Source of the DNA: Thermodesulfobacteriota bacterium
Lineage (GTDB): Bacteria; Desulfobacterota_D; UBA1144; Nemesobacterales; JAJCZQ01
Assembly (NCBI GenBank): GCA_965215275.1
Contig: OZ244044.1
Coordinates: forward strand, 1,344,001 to 1,408,000
Reading direction: 5' to 3'
DNA length: 64,000 nt
Numbering within the stretch: position 1 is the first letter of the stretch; every line of letters begins with the position of its first letter. The notes beneath the pieces were generated by a model, which did not search any database, was not told the DNA's origin, and worked only from the letters and a program-made list of their open reading frames with translations. The position numbers were made by a program, and so were the translations under genes. This document shows, piece after piece, positions 19,451 through 30,050 of the stretch.

Positions 19451-19565
19451 TGTTTTCTACGTGATCGGGGAAGTAAAACCTTGGATTAACGCGGTATTAA
19501 TACTTTTTATATTAGCTGAACGTCGCAAATGATTCTTTCACGTCCTGGTTATGTATGTAACTCCC
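19451..19565 (-). repeat. Right copy of inverted repeat (upstream region of S8 paralog 2)
   Basis: Reverse complement matches 16697-16812; ends ~15 nt before the ATG at 19435. Confidence 0.85.
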
Positions 19566-19668
19566 TGAAATTTTATTGGAACTTAAATCTCTGCTGCAAG
19601 TTCACTGTTATAATTCATGTTTTGTGACCTGATCTGAATGGATGAAAGTTCCAGAATTTACAGAGTAA

Positions 19669-20787
19669 TTATACTGGGCTTCTTTTCAGTTTCTTCTCTT
19701 TTTCAAATTTTTCAAAAGCTAATTCTATAAGTCTTTTTATAAGTTCTGGATATTTTATGCCCGAGGCTTCCCATAGCTTGGGATACATGCTTATGCTTGT
19801 AAAACCCGGGATGGTATTGATCTCACTGACGAATATTTCATTGATCGTTTCGTCCATAAGAAAATCAACTCTCCCCATTCCACTGCAGTTCAGCACTTTA
19901 AAAGCGTCAACTGCATATCTTCTCGTCTTATCGGCTAATTTCTGATGAATCTCGGCTGGGATTATCAGATCCGTGGTCGCGTCTTCATATTTTGCCGTAT
20001 AATCATAGAATTCCCTCTTTGAAATGATCTCTCCCGGACAGGAAGCGACGGGTTCGTCGTTGCCCAACACGCTGACCTCGAGTTCTCTGCAGTTGCCGAC
20101 GGCTTTCTCCACTATAATGCGGTTTGAAAATTTTCCTGAAAATTCAACTGCACGCTCTATATCTTTTGCGTCTTCACTGGAAACTTTAGTGATACCGATA
20201 CTTGAACCCAGGTCAGCCGACTTTACAAAGCAGGGTATTTTTATATCTCTTAGTATTTTGTCAATAATATTTTTTTTCTCGCTGCTCCTCCACTGGTTCA
20301 TGGTAAATCCCAGAAAATCAACTACCGGCAGACCATAGTCTCTCAGCAGCAGTTTCATCACTATCTTGTCCATACCGACCGATGATCCTATAACCGATGC
20401 TCCAACGTATGGTGCTCCCATTAACTCAAACAGTCCCTGAACCACACCGTCTTCGCCATAACTGCCGTGGAGAACGGGAAAGATCAGATCAACGCGGTGG
20501 GAGTTTACTATTCGGTTATCTTCGACCTCATAAAACGCTGGAGGTTGATCAACGGAAAGAGAAGGTACTAAACGTTTGTGAAAAATTTCTTCAGTGTCTT
20601 TGAGTTTATTTAAGTTGTTCAGATTTCCTCTGCACCATATCCCGGACCTGGTTATGTATATTGGAAAAATATCAAATTCCGATGGGTCGATATTAGCTAT
20701 AACGGATTCTGCGGACATCAGGGATATTTCGTGCTCAACGGAATTTCCGCCATATACGACCGCTACTATTTTTATTTCTTTATTCAA
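19669..20787 (-). CDS. ddl: D-alanine--D-alanine ligase
   Basis: GGNSVEHEISLMSA, PVLHGSYGEDG, GSSIGI, FYDYTAKY, EINTIPGFT. Confidence 0.96.
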   Translation of the reverse strand: MNKEIKIVAVVYGGNSVEHEISLMSAESVIANIDPSEFDIFPIYITRSGIWCRGNLNNLNKLKDTEEIFHKRLVPSLSVDQPPAFYEVEDNRIVNSHRVDLIFPVLHGSYGEDGVVQGLFELMGAPYVGASVIGSSVGMDKIVMKLLLRDYGLPVVDFLGFTMNQWRSSEKKNIIDKILRDIKIPCFVKSADLGSSIGITKVSSEDAKDIERAVEFSGKFSNRIIVEKAVGNCRELEVSVLGNDEPVASCPGEIISKREFYDYTAKYEDATTDLIIPAEIHQKLADKTRRYAVDAFKVLNCSGMGRVDFLMDETINEIFVSEINTIPGFTSISMYPKLWEASGIKYPELIKRLIELAFEKFEKEKKLKRSPV

Positions 20788-21188
20788 CTTTATACCCCTG
20801 TTCCTGAAAACGGATTAAAACTCAATTTTTCCGATCAGTTATATATAACTATACACTTTACTTGACGAATTCTTAATTTATGGTCCAAAAATGGGTTACT
20901 TCTCCATTATCGTGAAACGTCAGCCAAGTGCGTTTACATAGTATGAGGTCTTTATTACCCTTTGCATACTACGCTGTATAATAGAAAAACTTTAATATTA
21001 CTATTGTTATTGTTATTAAACTTGTGTAAAATGCCTTGAAAAAGTTAAAGTGGATAGTGGCTTTAAACAAAAGACAAAAAATATTGCTTTCTTCAGGGAG
21101 GGTTAATAAGGCATTTCCTTTTGTTAATCAGTAGTTGTTAATATTGTCACTCGACAGTTTTCCAGAAGTGTTTTAGATAGTTTGTCTG

Positions 21189-22925
21189 ATGGGCTACTTT
21201 CAAAATAATTTCAATTTTCACCGAGGCAACGTGCAGATGTTCGCAGTTATATCATTTTTAACTGTGGCGTTATGTGTTTTTGCCGGGTGCGTTAAAAACC
21301 CCGAAGTTGTCACGGCAGATGAATGGAATAGAGCTATAGATCAGGAACAGGAGACCGGAGTACTGCTCCCTGAAGTTCCGTTAATGATACCTGGACCACC
21401 GGATGAAGATCAGTATTCGGATTTCCAGCTTATATCGCTCTTCTATCCAGATGAGAACGCTTCCGCTCCTGACTATCTGGCACTGAACGGACTATTTGCT
21501 GAAGACGACCTGTATGCCGATAATGAAGCAGTTGCACGCTACCTGGACGTTTTTCAGACGAAACACAGAAGAAGTTTCGTGCAATGGCTGGACAGGTCCA
21601 AGTACTATATACCTGAAATAAAAAGGTTGCTGTCGGAGGAAGACGTACCGGAACTTCTTGCCTACCTGCCGCTGGTTGAGAGCGGTTTTGACCCGAACGC
21701 GGTTTCACATAAGCAGGCAGTTGGTCTCTGGCAGTTTATAAGGTCCACCGGAAAGATCTATGATCTTAAGGTTAATTTTTGGGTAGACGATAGAAGGAAT
21801 TATGAAAAAGCCACCATAGCCGCGGCAAGGTATCTGAAAAAACTTTATAAGGAATTCGATTCATGGGAACTTGCACTTGCTGCTTACAACTGTGGAGAGC
21901 GCAGGATCAGAAAGGGAATAAAGAAAACCAAGTCCAATGATTTCTGGGTTGTTTCAAAAACCCTTCCCAAGGAAACTAAAAATTACGTTCCGAAGTTCAT
22001 TGCGTCTCTCATAATAATCACCAATCTGGAAAAATACGGTTTTCAGGAAGTAATGTCTGATAACGACAGCCAGCTTGTAAAGGTTTCCGTGCCCCCGCAG
22101 AGAAACCTGAAGGATATAGCAAGGGCAGTTGGTTACAGTTATAAGAAGATCATATCGCACAATCCCTTTCTGACGAAAAAGGCGACACCTCCTGGCAGCC
22201 ATTCCTATATTTACGTTGAGCCTGCTCACGTGGACAAGTTTACAGAGAACGTTCAGAAAATAGCGAACCTGAGAAGAACTAACGTCAGAAGATCGGTCCA
22301 TGCAACGTATCACGTTAGAAAGGGTGATAATCTGTGGGAGATCGCAAAGAGATTTGGCGTGAGAGTTAACTCAATTAAAAGGACCAACAGACTTAAGTCC
22401 GATCTTCTGAGACCTGGTCAAAAACTGAGGATAGGAACCTCGCCCCATACGGTATATAAAGTAAGGAAAGGTGATAATCTGTGGGAGATCGCAAGGGAAT
22501 TTGGCGTGAGAGTTAACTCGATCAAGAGGACCAACAGGCTTAGATCTGACCTCTTAAAACCCGGACAGAGGCTGACTATAAAAAGATCAGCACCAAAACC
22601 CACTTATGCGTCTGCAAGAAGGCGGGACTATACTTTATACGTGGTCAAAAGAGGCGATACTATAGGAGAAATAGCACAGCAGTATGGCATCAGAGCGTCA
22701 CTTCTGAAGCGTTATAACGGACTGAGTTCCTCCATGATCAAAGTCAGACAGGTGCTGAAAATACCTAACAGGGGCCGTGGTGCTTTAAGCCATAATATTA
22801 AATACGGCGATACTCTTTCGGAAATCGCGGTCAAGTACAGAGTGTCAGTTAATGATATAAAGAAGTGGAACGGTCTGAGGACCAGTATACTGACCGCCGG
22901 AAAAAAACTCAGGATATACAGGTAA
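21189..22925 (+). CDS. MltD-type lytic transglycosylase with four LysM domains
   Basis: VESGF, AVGLWQF, LAAYNCG, ETKNYVPK; four LysM-type repeats; lipobox FAGC; start may lie a few codons later. Confidence 0.92.
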   Translation: MGYFQNNFNFHRGNVQMFAVISFLTVALCVFAGCVKNPEVVTADEWNRAIDQEQETGVLLPEVPLMIPGPPDEDQYSDFQLISLFYPDENASAPDYLALNGLFAEDDLYADNEAVARYLDVFQTKHRRSFVQWLDRSKYYIPEIKRLLSEEDVPELLAYLPLVESGFDPNAVSHKQAVGLWQFIRSTGKIYDLKVNFWVDDRRNYEKATIAAARYLKKLYKEFDSWELALAAYNCGERRIRKGIKKTKSNDFWVVSKTLPKETKNYVPKFIASLIIITNLEKYGFQEVMSDNDSQLVKVSVPPQRNLKDIARAVGYSYKKIISHNPFLTKKATPPGSHSYIYVEPAHVDKFTENVQKIANLRRTNVRRSVHATYHVRKGDNLWEIAKRFGVRVNSIKRTNRLKSDLLRPGQKLRIGTSPHTVYKVRKGDNLWEIAREFGVRVNSIKRTNRLRSDLLKPGQRLTIKRSAPKPTYASARRRDYTLYVVKRGDTIGEIAQQYGIRASLLKRYNGLSSSMIKVRQVLKIPNRGRGALSHNIKYGDTLSEIAVKYRVSVNDIKKWNGLRTSILTAGKKLRIYR

Positions 22926-22954
22926 TTCCCTTTTCGTAAAATTTCAGCTTATTA

Positions 22955-23596
22955 ATGATCAGCACCCAGTCTCTTAAGTCGGCTTATCAATATAAGAAAG
23001 ACCCGATAAGAGAAAGAATAGCCGAGTTTGAAGATCTCCGCGACGTAACGGATAACAGGGTGATATTCCGGGAACTCGTTTTCTGCATCTTGACCGCCGG
23101 AACGAGCGCTGAGATGGGAATTAAGGTAGTTGAAGAAGTCGGGGAAGTGATATTTACCGGAAGTACATCAGAGATTAGGGATAAACTCAAGGGCATATAC
23201 CGATTTTACAATATCAGGTCTGACTACATAGTTCATACAAGGGAATACCTGACCTCCAATTACGACTTTAATATCAAAGAACTGCTGGATTCTTTTGCAA
23301 GCGTCGAGAGAAGGGACTTTTTTGCTTTAAACCGGAATATCAGGGGTATAGGGTTCAAGGAGGCAAGCCATTTTTTGAGAAATATAGGCTATAAGGGATA
23401 TGCGATATTGGATAAACACGTTGTTAATGCACTCTGTGACCTTGGGGTGATCGATCAGAAGAGGCCTCCATCAAACAGGAAAGGCTATCTTGAGATGGAA
23501 AGGAAATACAAAAGGTACGCGGAAGAAAACGGGTTTGATATAGATGAACTTGACCTGCTGATATGGAGTGAAAGGACCGGGAAAATACTGAAGTGA
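22955..23596 (+). CDS. ogg: 8-oxoguanine DNA glycosylase/AP lyase (archaeal/Thermotoga Ogg2 type)
   Basis: ELVFCILTA, IRGIGFKEASHFLRNIG, AILDKH, C-terminal TGKILK. Confidence 0.9.
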   Translation: MISTQSLKSAYQYKKDPIRERIAEFEDLRDVTDNRVIFRELVFCILTAGTSAEMGIKVVEEVGEVIFTGSTSEIRDKLKGIYRFYNIRSDYIVHTREYLTSNYDFNIKELLDSFASVERRDFFALNRNIRGIGFKEASHFLRNIGYKGYAILDKHVVNALCDLGVIDQKRPPSNRKGYLEMERKYKRYAEENGFDIDELDLLIWSERTGKILK

Positions 23597-23602
23597 AGCC
23601 GC

Positions 23603-24256
23603 ATGAAAATCGACCCTGATATCATTAAGGAACTGAGGTCTTTATACAGAACGGTTAAGAGCGATATCGACGGCAGGCTTGATCAGTTCAGTTATATACA
23701 TCTGAGAGAGGACGATGAGGAGATATTCAGAGAACTTTGTTTCTGTATCCTCAGTTCCGGTGTCGGTCCGAAAATGGCGGAGAGATCGGTTGCTGCTTTA
23801 GGAGATAAGCTGTTAAGTGGTTCGGAAAGTGAATTAAAGGACCTGCTGGTCGGTACGCATAAATATCCGGATAAAGCATCGTATATCTACAGCACCAGGG
23901 AGTATCTGAAAGATAGTCTGGACCTCCGCCTGATCGCAAAGCTCAAATCTGCCGAAGACCCTGACCAGAGAAGGGATTTTATAGCAGATAACAAAAATAT
24001 CCGGGGCATGGGATACGTTCAGGCAAGCCATTTTTTAAGGAACGTAGGATTTTGCGGTTACGCCATCCTGGACAAGAACGTTCTTAGGTCACTGTATGAA
24101 CTTGGAGTAACGCAGGATATAAAACCACCTGCCTCCAGGGGGAGATATATGGAGAAGGAAAGCAGATTCAGAGAGTTTTCCAGCAAGGTTCAGATCAGTA
24201 TTGATAAGCTGGACCTGCTTCTGTGGTACCGCAGGACCAACAGGGTCCCGCGTTGA
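23603..24256 (+). CDS. Ogg2-like paralog lacking the HhH catalytic Lys
   Basis: ELCFCILSS, IRGMGYVQASHFLRNVG, AILDKN, ends TNRVPR. Confidence 0.85.
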   Translation: MKIDPDIIKELRSLYRTVKSDIDGRLDQFSYIHLREDDEEIFRELCFCILSSGVGPKMAERSVAALGDKLLSGSESELKDLLVGTHKYPDKASYIYSTREYLKDSLDLRLIAKLKSAEDPDQRRDFIADNKNIRGMGYVQASHFLRNVGFCGYAILDKNVLRSLYELGVTQDIKPPASRGRYMEKESRFREFSSKVQISIDKLDLLLWYRRTNRVPR

Positions 24257-24322
24257 TCCGTTCCTTGACAATAAACCCTGATAGTTCACCATTATCAGAT
24301 CTGTCTTTAAGAGATATCCATT

Positions 24323-25756
24323 ATGGAATATGAAGCAGTGATCGGATTGGAAATTCACGCCCAGCTTAAAACCAGATCCAAAATCTTTTCCTCTTCTTCG
24401 GCTGAATTCGGTTCACCTCCAAATTCACAGGTAAATCCCCTGTGTCTTGGAATGCCTGGAGTTCTGCCGGTCCTTAATGCCAAAGCCCTTGAACTTGCAG
24501 TTAAAGCCGCTTTGGCAACTAACTGTGAAATTCAGCTGACCTCGAGATTTGCAAGAAAGAACTATTTTTATCCGGACCTGCCCAAGGGATACCAGATATC
24601 CCAGTACGAAGAACCGTTTTCAGTAAACGGATTTCTGGACGTGGAGGTCGAAGGTGAAACAAAAAGAGTCCGCATAAGAAGAATTCATCTTGAAGAGGAC
24701 GCGGGAAAACTGATCCATGAGGATTCGCCCGTCAACAGCTTTCTGGACCTGAACAGAGCCGGTACACCTTTGATAGAGATAGTTACTGAACCCGATATCA
24801 GAAGTTCTGAGGAGGCCGTTTCCTATGTAAGACAGGTCAGGTCCATTATGAGATATATCGATGTGTGCGATGGGAACATGGAGCAGGGAAGTATGAGATG
24901 CGACGCCAACATCTCCGTAAAGCAGAAAGGTTCAGATAAGCTTGGAACAAAAACTGAGATCAAAAACCTTAACTCGTTCAGGTTTATTCAAAAAGCCATT
25001 GATTATGAGGCAAAGAGGCAGACTGAACTGATTGAAAGCGGGGAAGATATAATACAGGAAACAAGGCTTTTTGATCCTGATAAGGGAAAGACCTTTTCAA
25101 TGAGGACAAAAGAAGACGCTCATGACTACAGATACTTTCCAGACCCCGATTTGCCTCCCGTGGTGCTTGAAAAGAGCTGGGTTGAAAATTTAAGGAGATC
25201 TCTGCCGGAACTCCCGTCCCACAGACTGAAAAGATTTTTGTCTGATTATAAGCTTTCACTTAACGATGCAAAACTTCTTACCTCGAGCAAAGGACTTGCT
25301 GATTACTTTGAAAAGTGCCTTGAGAGTTTTGACGGACCAAAAGAGATAAGCCACTGGATAGTCACGGAAATGCTGAGGGAGATAGACCCTGAAGGCAGTA
25401 TTGATAAATACCCCGTTACTCCTGAAATGCTCGGAGAGCTTTTAAGCCTTGTTCAGGATGGGACGATCAACAGAAAGATAGCTAAAGAGATATTTCCTGA
25501 GATGATCGCCGGGAAAAAACGTGCAAAGGACCTGATAGAGCAGAAGGGAATTAAACAGATGTCCGATACATCTGAGATCGAAGCCGTTGTTCAGAAAGTA
25601 CTGGACGGCAGTCCTAAAGAGGTTGAGAGATACAGGTCCGGTGACGGTAAGCTTATGGGATTCTTTGTAGGTCAGGTTATGAAACTGACAAAAGGCAAGG
25701 CAAATCCCAGGCTGGTAAATGATGCTATAAGGAAGTTAATTCAGGATGATGCTTAA
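24323..25756 (+). CDS. gatB: Amidotransferase subunit B
   Basis: IGLEIHAQL, RKNYFYPDLPKGYQISQ, HLEEDAGK, YRYFPDPDLP. Confidence 0.97.
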   Translation: MEYEAVIGLEIHAQLKTRSKIFSSSSAEFGSPPNSQVNPLCLGMPGVLPVLNAKALELAVKAALATNCEIQLTSRFARKNYFYPDLPKGYQISQYEEPFSVNGFLDVEVEGETKRVRIRRIHLEEDAGKLIHEDSPVNSFLDLNRAGTPLIEIVTEPDIRSSEEAVSYVRQVRSIMRYIDVCDGNMEQGSMRCDANISVKQKGSDKLGTKTEIKNLNSFRFIQKAIDYEAKRQTELIESGEDIIQETRLFDPDKGKTFSMRTKEDAHDYRYFPDPDLPPVVLEKSWVENLRRSLPELPSHRLKRFLSDYKLSLNDAKLLTSSKGLADYFEKCLESFDGPKEISHWIVTEMLREIDPEGSIDKYPVTPEMLGELLSLVQDGTINRKIAKEIFPEMIAGKKRAKDLIEQKGIKQMSDTSEIEAVVQKVLDGSPKEVERYRSGDGKLMGFFVGQVMKLTKGKANPRLVNDAIRKLIQDDA

Positions 25757-25838
25757 AAGGAGTTTGCAGCGTTTAAGTCAGAACTGTAACTTCAGTTCCT
25801 GCTTTGACACACAGGTGCTGCTTGTGTAATTTCCGCCT

Positions 25839-26966
25839 ATGAAGAAAAGAGCAGTTTTAGCCATGGAAGACGGGGAGATCTTTGAAGGGTTCAGTTTTGG
25901 TTCTGAAGATGAGTCATCAGGTGAAGTGGTATTTAATACTTCCATGACCGGATATCAGGAAATAATCACCGACCCGTCCTATAATGGTCAGGTCGTGGTC
26001 ATGACCTATCCTGAAATTGGTAATTACGGGATCAATTCTGAAGACATGGAGTCGGCACGGCCGTTTATAAAAGGACTTGTGGTAAAGGAGTACTGGCCCG
26101 TACCGAGCAACTGGCGGTCCGAGGGATCGCTGAGCAGTTATATGAAAAAGCACAACGTGAGCGGGATTTACGGTATTGATACAAGAAAACTGACCAGAAG
26201 GATCAGAACAGAGGGAGCACAGAAAAGCATTATTTCCACAAAGGACTTCGATAAGGAAAGCCTGCTGAAAAAGGTCAGAAATTCACCAGATATCGTCGGA
26301 CAGGACCTGGTTACGGAAGTCAGCTGTAAAAGACCTTACGTGTGGACCGGTGATAAAAGTTCAGAACCCGTAGAAGGTGGAAGTGATGAAGTTCAAGCCA
26401 GGTACAAAGTGGCAGCTTATGATTTCGGTATAAAGACGAACATTGCAAGACAGCTGACCGCTCTTGGGTGTGAGCTTATGATCGTTCCTTCAAGGACCAG
26501 ACCTGAAGAAGTACTGGCAATGGACCCAGATGGAATATTTTTGTCAAATGGACCTGGTGACCCGCAAGGCGTGGAATACGCCGTGGAAAACGTTAAGGCT
26601 CTGATCGGAAGAAAACCCATGTTCGGAATATGTTTAGGCCATCAGATAATCGGGCTTGCGCTGGGTGGAAGGACTTATAAATTAAAGTTCGGACACAGAG
26701 GTGGAAATCAGCCCGTTAAAAATCTTGAGAACGGAAGGGTCGAAGTAACGGCTCAGAATCACAGCTTTGCAGTTGATCCCGACTCTCTGGATCAGAACGT
26801 TAAGATAACTCACATTAATCTCAATGATCAGACGGTAGAGGGATTAAAGGATAAAAACCTGTCGCTTATGTCCGTTCAGTATCATCCTGAATCCTCTCCC
26901 GGACCACATGACTCGTCCTACCTTTTTGATGACTTCGTGGATCTGATGAAAGCATCAAAACTCTGA
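25839..26966 (+). CDS. carA: Carbamoyl-phosphate synthase small subunit
   Basis: [34 protein letters not shown]. Confidence 0.97.
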   Translation: MKKRAVLAMEDGEIFEGFSFGSEDESSGEVVFNTSMTGYQEIITDPSYNGQVVVMTYPEIGNYGINSEDMESARPFIKGLVVKEYWPVPSNWRSEGSLSSYMKKHNVSGIYGIDTRKLTRRIRTEGAQKSIISTKDFDKESLLKKVRNSPDIVGQDLVTEVSCKRPYVWTGDKSSEPVEGGSDEVQARYKVAAYDFGIKTNIARQLTALGCELMIVPSRTRPEEVLAMDPDGIFLSNGPGDPQGVEYAVENVKALIGRKPMFGICLGHQIIGLALGGRTYKLKFGHRGGNQPVKNLENGRVEVTAQNHSFAVDPDSLDQNVKITHINLNDQTVEGLKDKNLSLMSVQYHPESSPGPHDSSYLFDDFVDLMKASKL

Positions 26967-27043
26967 TTTGCAACTGTTTTGGTGTTTTTAAAGAAAGACC
27001 TGACCCTTTTCTGTTCTGGTTGGTCCGTAAAATTACCGACCAT

Positions 27044-27808
27044 CTACAGAGCGTCCATCTTTTTCAGCTCTGAGACGAACTTGTCAGCCTGTCTCGTGGG
27101 TTCTGGAATTCGGTAGCCTGCTGAGCAGTCAAGCGTTAACTTTACGGCGGATCCAAGGTCGATCTTATTTCCGATAGAGACAAAGACCGGTTTTACGTTG
27201 TTCTTTGTCCTTACGGCTGCTCCGATAACTTCACTGTTCTTTTGGTTTTTCAACTTGCTCCAGCTTCCTTTTGACCTTTCCGGTTCCGTGTACTGTCCAA
27301 AGAGCCTCTTCTTTGCCACTCCAACGGCTGGAACGTCTAAAAAGACACCGACATGACAGGCTATTCCGAAAGATCTGGGATGTGCCAGGCCCTGCCCGTC
27401 TATCATGATCACGTCCGGTCTGTTCCTGAGCTTCTTGAAGGTCTCAATGATCGCCGGGGCTTCTCTGAAGGCCAGAAGTCCGGGAACGTAGGGAAACATC
27501 TCGTCAACAACGGAGTATGTCTTTTCTATGGCTTTCATATCTGGGTATGAAAATACGATTATTCCACAAAGGAGTTTCTTCTGCCGTTTAAGTATTGCAA
27601 GATCGGCTCCGGCAACGGTTCTGATCCTGTCATAAGAGTTTTTTCTTACGACCCTTTTGCACATTTCCCTCTGAAGCCTGAACGCTTCTTTTATTGAAAT
27701 TGTATCTTTGCAGCGTATATCCGCCGTTTCGCTTATTTTGGTTTTATTCACGATCAAGAATAATATAAGATAGTGGTATGGTGTAAATATAGTTAATGAA
27801 TTTTTCAT
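27044..27808 (-). CDS. nfi: Endonuclease V (true start probably somewhat downstream of 27808)
   Basis: VAGADLA, FPYVPGLLAFRE, IDGQGLAHPR, GVAKK, YRIPEPTRQAD. Confidence 0.93.
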   Translation of the reverse strand: MKNSLTIFTPYHYLILFLIVNKTKISETADIRCKDTISIKEAFRLQREMCKRVVRKNSYDRIRTVAGADLAILKRQKKLLCGIIVFSYPDMKAIEKTYSVVDEMFPYVPGLLAFREAPAIIETFKKLRNRPDVIMIDGQGLAHPRSFGIACHVGVFLDVPAVGVAKKRLFGQYTEPERSKGSWSKLKNQKNSEVIGAAVRTKNNVKPVFVSIGNKIDLGSAVKLTLDCSAGYRIPEPTRQADKFVSELKKMDAL

Positions 27809-27820
27809 GGATTAAAAAAT

Positions 27821-28693
27821 ATGTTCGGTAGCGGGTTCAGGAAGGAAAGAGTTCAGGTAAACGGCGTTGAGATCAATTTTGTTCACGGGGGGCATGGCAA
27901 ACCCCTGCTTCTGCTCCATGGTTATCCTCAGACCCATGTAATGTGGAGCGAGGTCGCACCAGGTCTTGCCTCGGATTTTTACCTGGTCTGCCCGGATATG
28001 AGAGGTTACGGGGACAGCTCAAAGCCAAAAGGGTTAACGGATCACTCAAACTACTCTAAAAGGGTTATGTCACAGGATATGGTCGAACTGATGGAGCAGC
28101 TGGGCTTTAACGGTTTTTATGCCGCTGGTCACGACAGAGGGGGCAGAGTACTTCACAGAATGTGTCTGGATCATCCGTCAAAGGTCAGTAAGGTGTGCGT
28201 TATGGACATAGCACCGACCCATCACATGTTTAAAGCGGCGGATAAGGAATTTGCCACTGGTTATTATCACTGGTTTTTCTTAATTCAGCCGGATGGATTA
28301 CCCGAGAAACTGATAAGTGAGGACCCGGAGTACTATCTGAGAGAGATCTTAAAGAGATGGAGCGGCAGAAAGAAGAGATTCAACCCGCGTGCGGTAAGTG
28401 AATATATAAGATGTTTCAGCGTTCCTGACTGCATTCATAGCTCCTGCGAGGATTACAGAGCAGCTGCAACGGTCGATCTGGAGCATGATGACAAGGACAT
28501 GGATAAGAAAATACTGTGTCCTCTTCTGGTACTCTGGGGCAATGAAGGATTTGTACACAGAAAATATGACGTGCTGGACACATGGAAACAGAGGTCGGTG
28601 AACGTAACGGGAAAAGCCCTAGACAGTGGTCATTTTCTTCCTGAGGAAAACCCTGAGGACGTTTTGTATGAACTGAAGGAGTTCTTTAAGTAG
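27821..28693 (+). CDS. Haloacetate/fluoroacetate dehalogenase (alpha/beta hydrolase)
   Basis: LLHGYPQ, GHDRGGRV, YYHWFF, CEDYRA, GHFLPEE. Confidence 0.85.
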   Translation: MFGSGFRKERVQVNGVEINFVHGGHGKPLLLLHGYPQTHVMWSEVAPGLASDFYLVCPDMRGYGDSSKPKGLTDHSNYSKRVMSQDMVELMEQLGFNGFYAAGHDRGGRVLHRMCLDHPSKVSKVCVMDIAPTHHMFKAADKEFATGYYHWFFLIQPDGLPEKLISEDPEYYLREILKRWSGRKKRFNPRAVSEYIRCFSVPDCIHSSCEDYRAAATVDLEHDDKDMDKKILCPLLVLWGNEGFVHRKYDVLDTWKQRSVNVTGKALDSGHFLPEENPEDVLYELKEFFK

Positions 28694-28846
28694 CGTAGCT
28701 GCTTTCTTTCCCGATACCTGCTTTACAGACCTGGTCTGCTTTGCAAACCTTGTGTAATTTGCCCGTTCCTTGATATTGACCTCAGATCAAGGATAATAAC
28801 CCCATTGTATAAGTGAAGCAGGTCGAAACTTTTACAAAATGCCGAT

Positions 28847-28925
28847 GGTGGGTGTAGCTCAGCCCGGTTAGAGCACCTGGTTGTGGCCCAGGAGGTCGCC
28901 GGTTCAAATCCGGTCATCCACCCCA
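28847..28925 (+). tRNA. tRNA-His(GTG)
   Basis: G-GTGGGTGTAGCTCAG...CCTGG-TT-GTG-GC-CCAGG...GGTTCAAATCC...CATCCAC-C-CCA, with G-1. Confidence 0.95.
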
Positions 28926-28949
28926 TAAAAACATCGGTCTGAAAAAACC

Positions 28950-30050
28950 ATGGGATTCAAGTCAGGAATTGTTGGACTGCCTAACGTGGGTAAATCCACT
29001 CTTTTTAATGCTTTGACTGCCGCGGGTGCCGAGGCATCTAATTTTCCGTTCTGTACGATCGATCCGAACGTTGGCGTGGTAGCGGTTCCGGATGATAGGC
29101 TCAGAAGGATTTCCGATATTGTAAACCCGGGTAAGACCGTTCCGGCTTTTGTAGAGATCGTGGATATAGCAGGGCTTGTAAAAGGAGCTTCTGAAGGAAA
29201 AGGCAGAGGTAACGCGTTCCTTTCCCATATAAGGGAAGTTAACCTGATCCTTCACGTGGTAAGGTGCTTTAAAGATGATAATGTTATTCACGTGGACGGG
29301 TCGGTCGATGCAATTCGTGATATAAAAGTGATTCGGGATGAACTTGCCTTAAAGGATATTGAGACGATCGAAAAAAGAGAGGAGAAACTTCAGTCTCAGA
29401 TAAAGAGCGGAAGTAAGGAAGCTGTAAAAGAACTTGAACTGATCGGATCTCTGAGACAGTTTATTGAAAGCGGTGGAGACGCAAGAGGATTTCAGACGGA
29501 TGACGTCAAAAATGAGGTCTTGAAGGATATGTCCCTTTTAACCTCAAAGCCTGTTCTGTATGTCTGCAATGTGTCGGAAGATGAACTTCCGGATGCCACA
29601 GAGAACGAGCAGGTGGAAAGGGTCAGAGAGTTTGCAGACGGGACAGGTGATGAAGTTTTATTGATATGTGCAAGGATAGAATCCGAAATAGCTGAACTGG
29701 AAGGTGATGAGAGGAAAAAATTCGTTGCCGAGCTGGGACTTAAAGGGTCCGGGCTTGACAGATTAATACAGGCTGCTTACTCAAAGCTGGGACTGATAAC
29801 CTATTTCACCGCGGGTCCGAAAGAGGTCAGAGCCTGGACAATAACGGACGGGACTAAAGCACCTCAGTCGGCGGGTAAGATACATACTGATTTCGAAAGA
29901 GGCTTTATTCGTGCCGAGACGATAAGTTACGATGACTATATATCTTTCGGATCGGAGATGGCGGCAAAAGAGGCAGGCAGGATGAGGTCTGAAGGGAAAG
30001 ACTATGTGGTAAATGACGGAGATGTGCTTTTGTTCAGATTTAACGTTTAA
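28950..30050 (+). CDS. ychF: Ribosome-binding ATPase YchF
   Basis: GIVGLPNVGKSTLFNAL, FCTIDPN, DIAGLVKGAS, IHTDFERGFIRAE. Confidence 0.97.
   Translation: MGFKSGIVGLPNVGKSTLFNALTAAGAEASNFPFCTIDPNVGVVAVPDDRLRRISDIVNPGKTVPAFVEIVDIAGLVKGASEGKGRGNAFLSHIREVNLILHVVRCFKDDNVIHVDGSVDAIRDIKVIRDELALKDIETIEKREEKLQSQIKSGSKEAVKELELIGSLRQFIESGGDARGFQTDDVKNEVLKDMSLLTSKPVLYVCNVSEDELPDATENEQVERVREFADGTGDEVLLICARIESEIAELEGDERKKFVAELGLKGSGLDRLIQAAYSKLGLITYFTAGPKEVRAWTITDGTKAPQSAGKIHTDFERGFIRAETISYDDYISFGSEMAAKEAGRMRSEGKDYVVNDGDVLLFRFNV

Noticed and set aside
22318..22567. Two ~100-nt near-identical direct repeats 147 nt apart
   Set aside because: Duplicated LysM domains within the lytic transglycosylase; not CRISPR or a mobile element
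28723..28926. Short ORFs over the tRNA genes (also 1216-1529)
   Set aside because: Spurious translations of tRNA-His and tRNA-Gln
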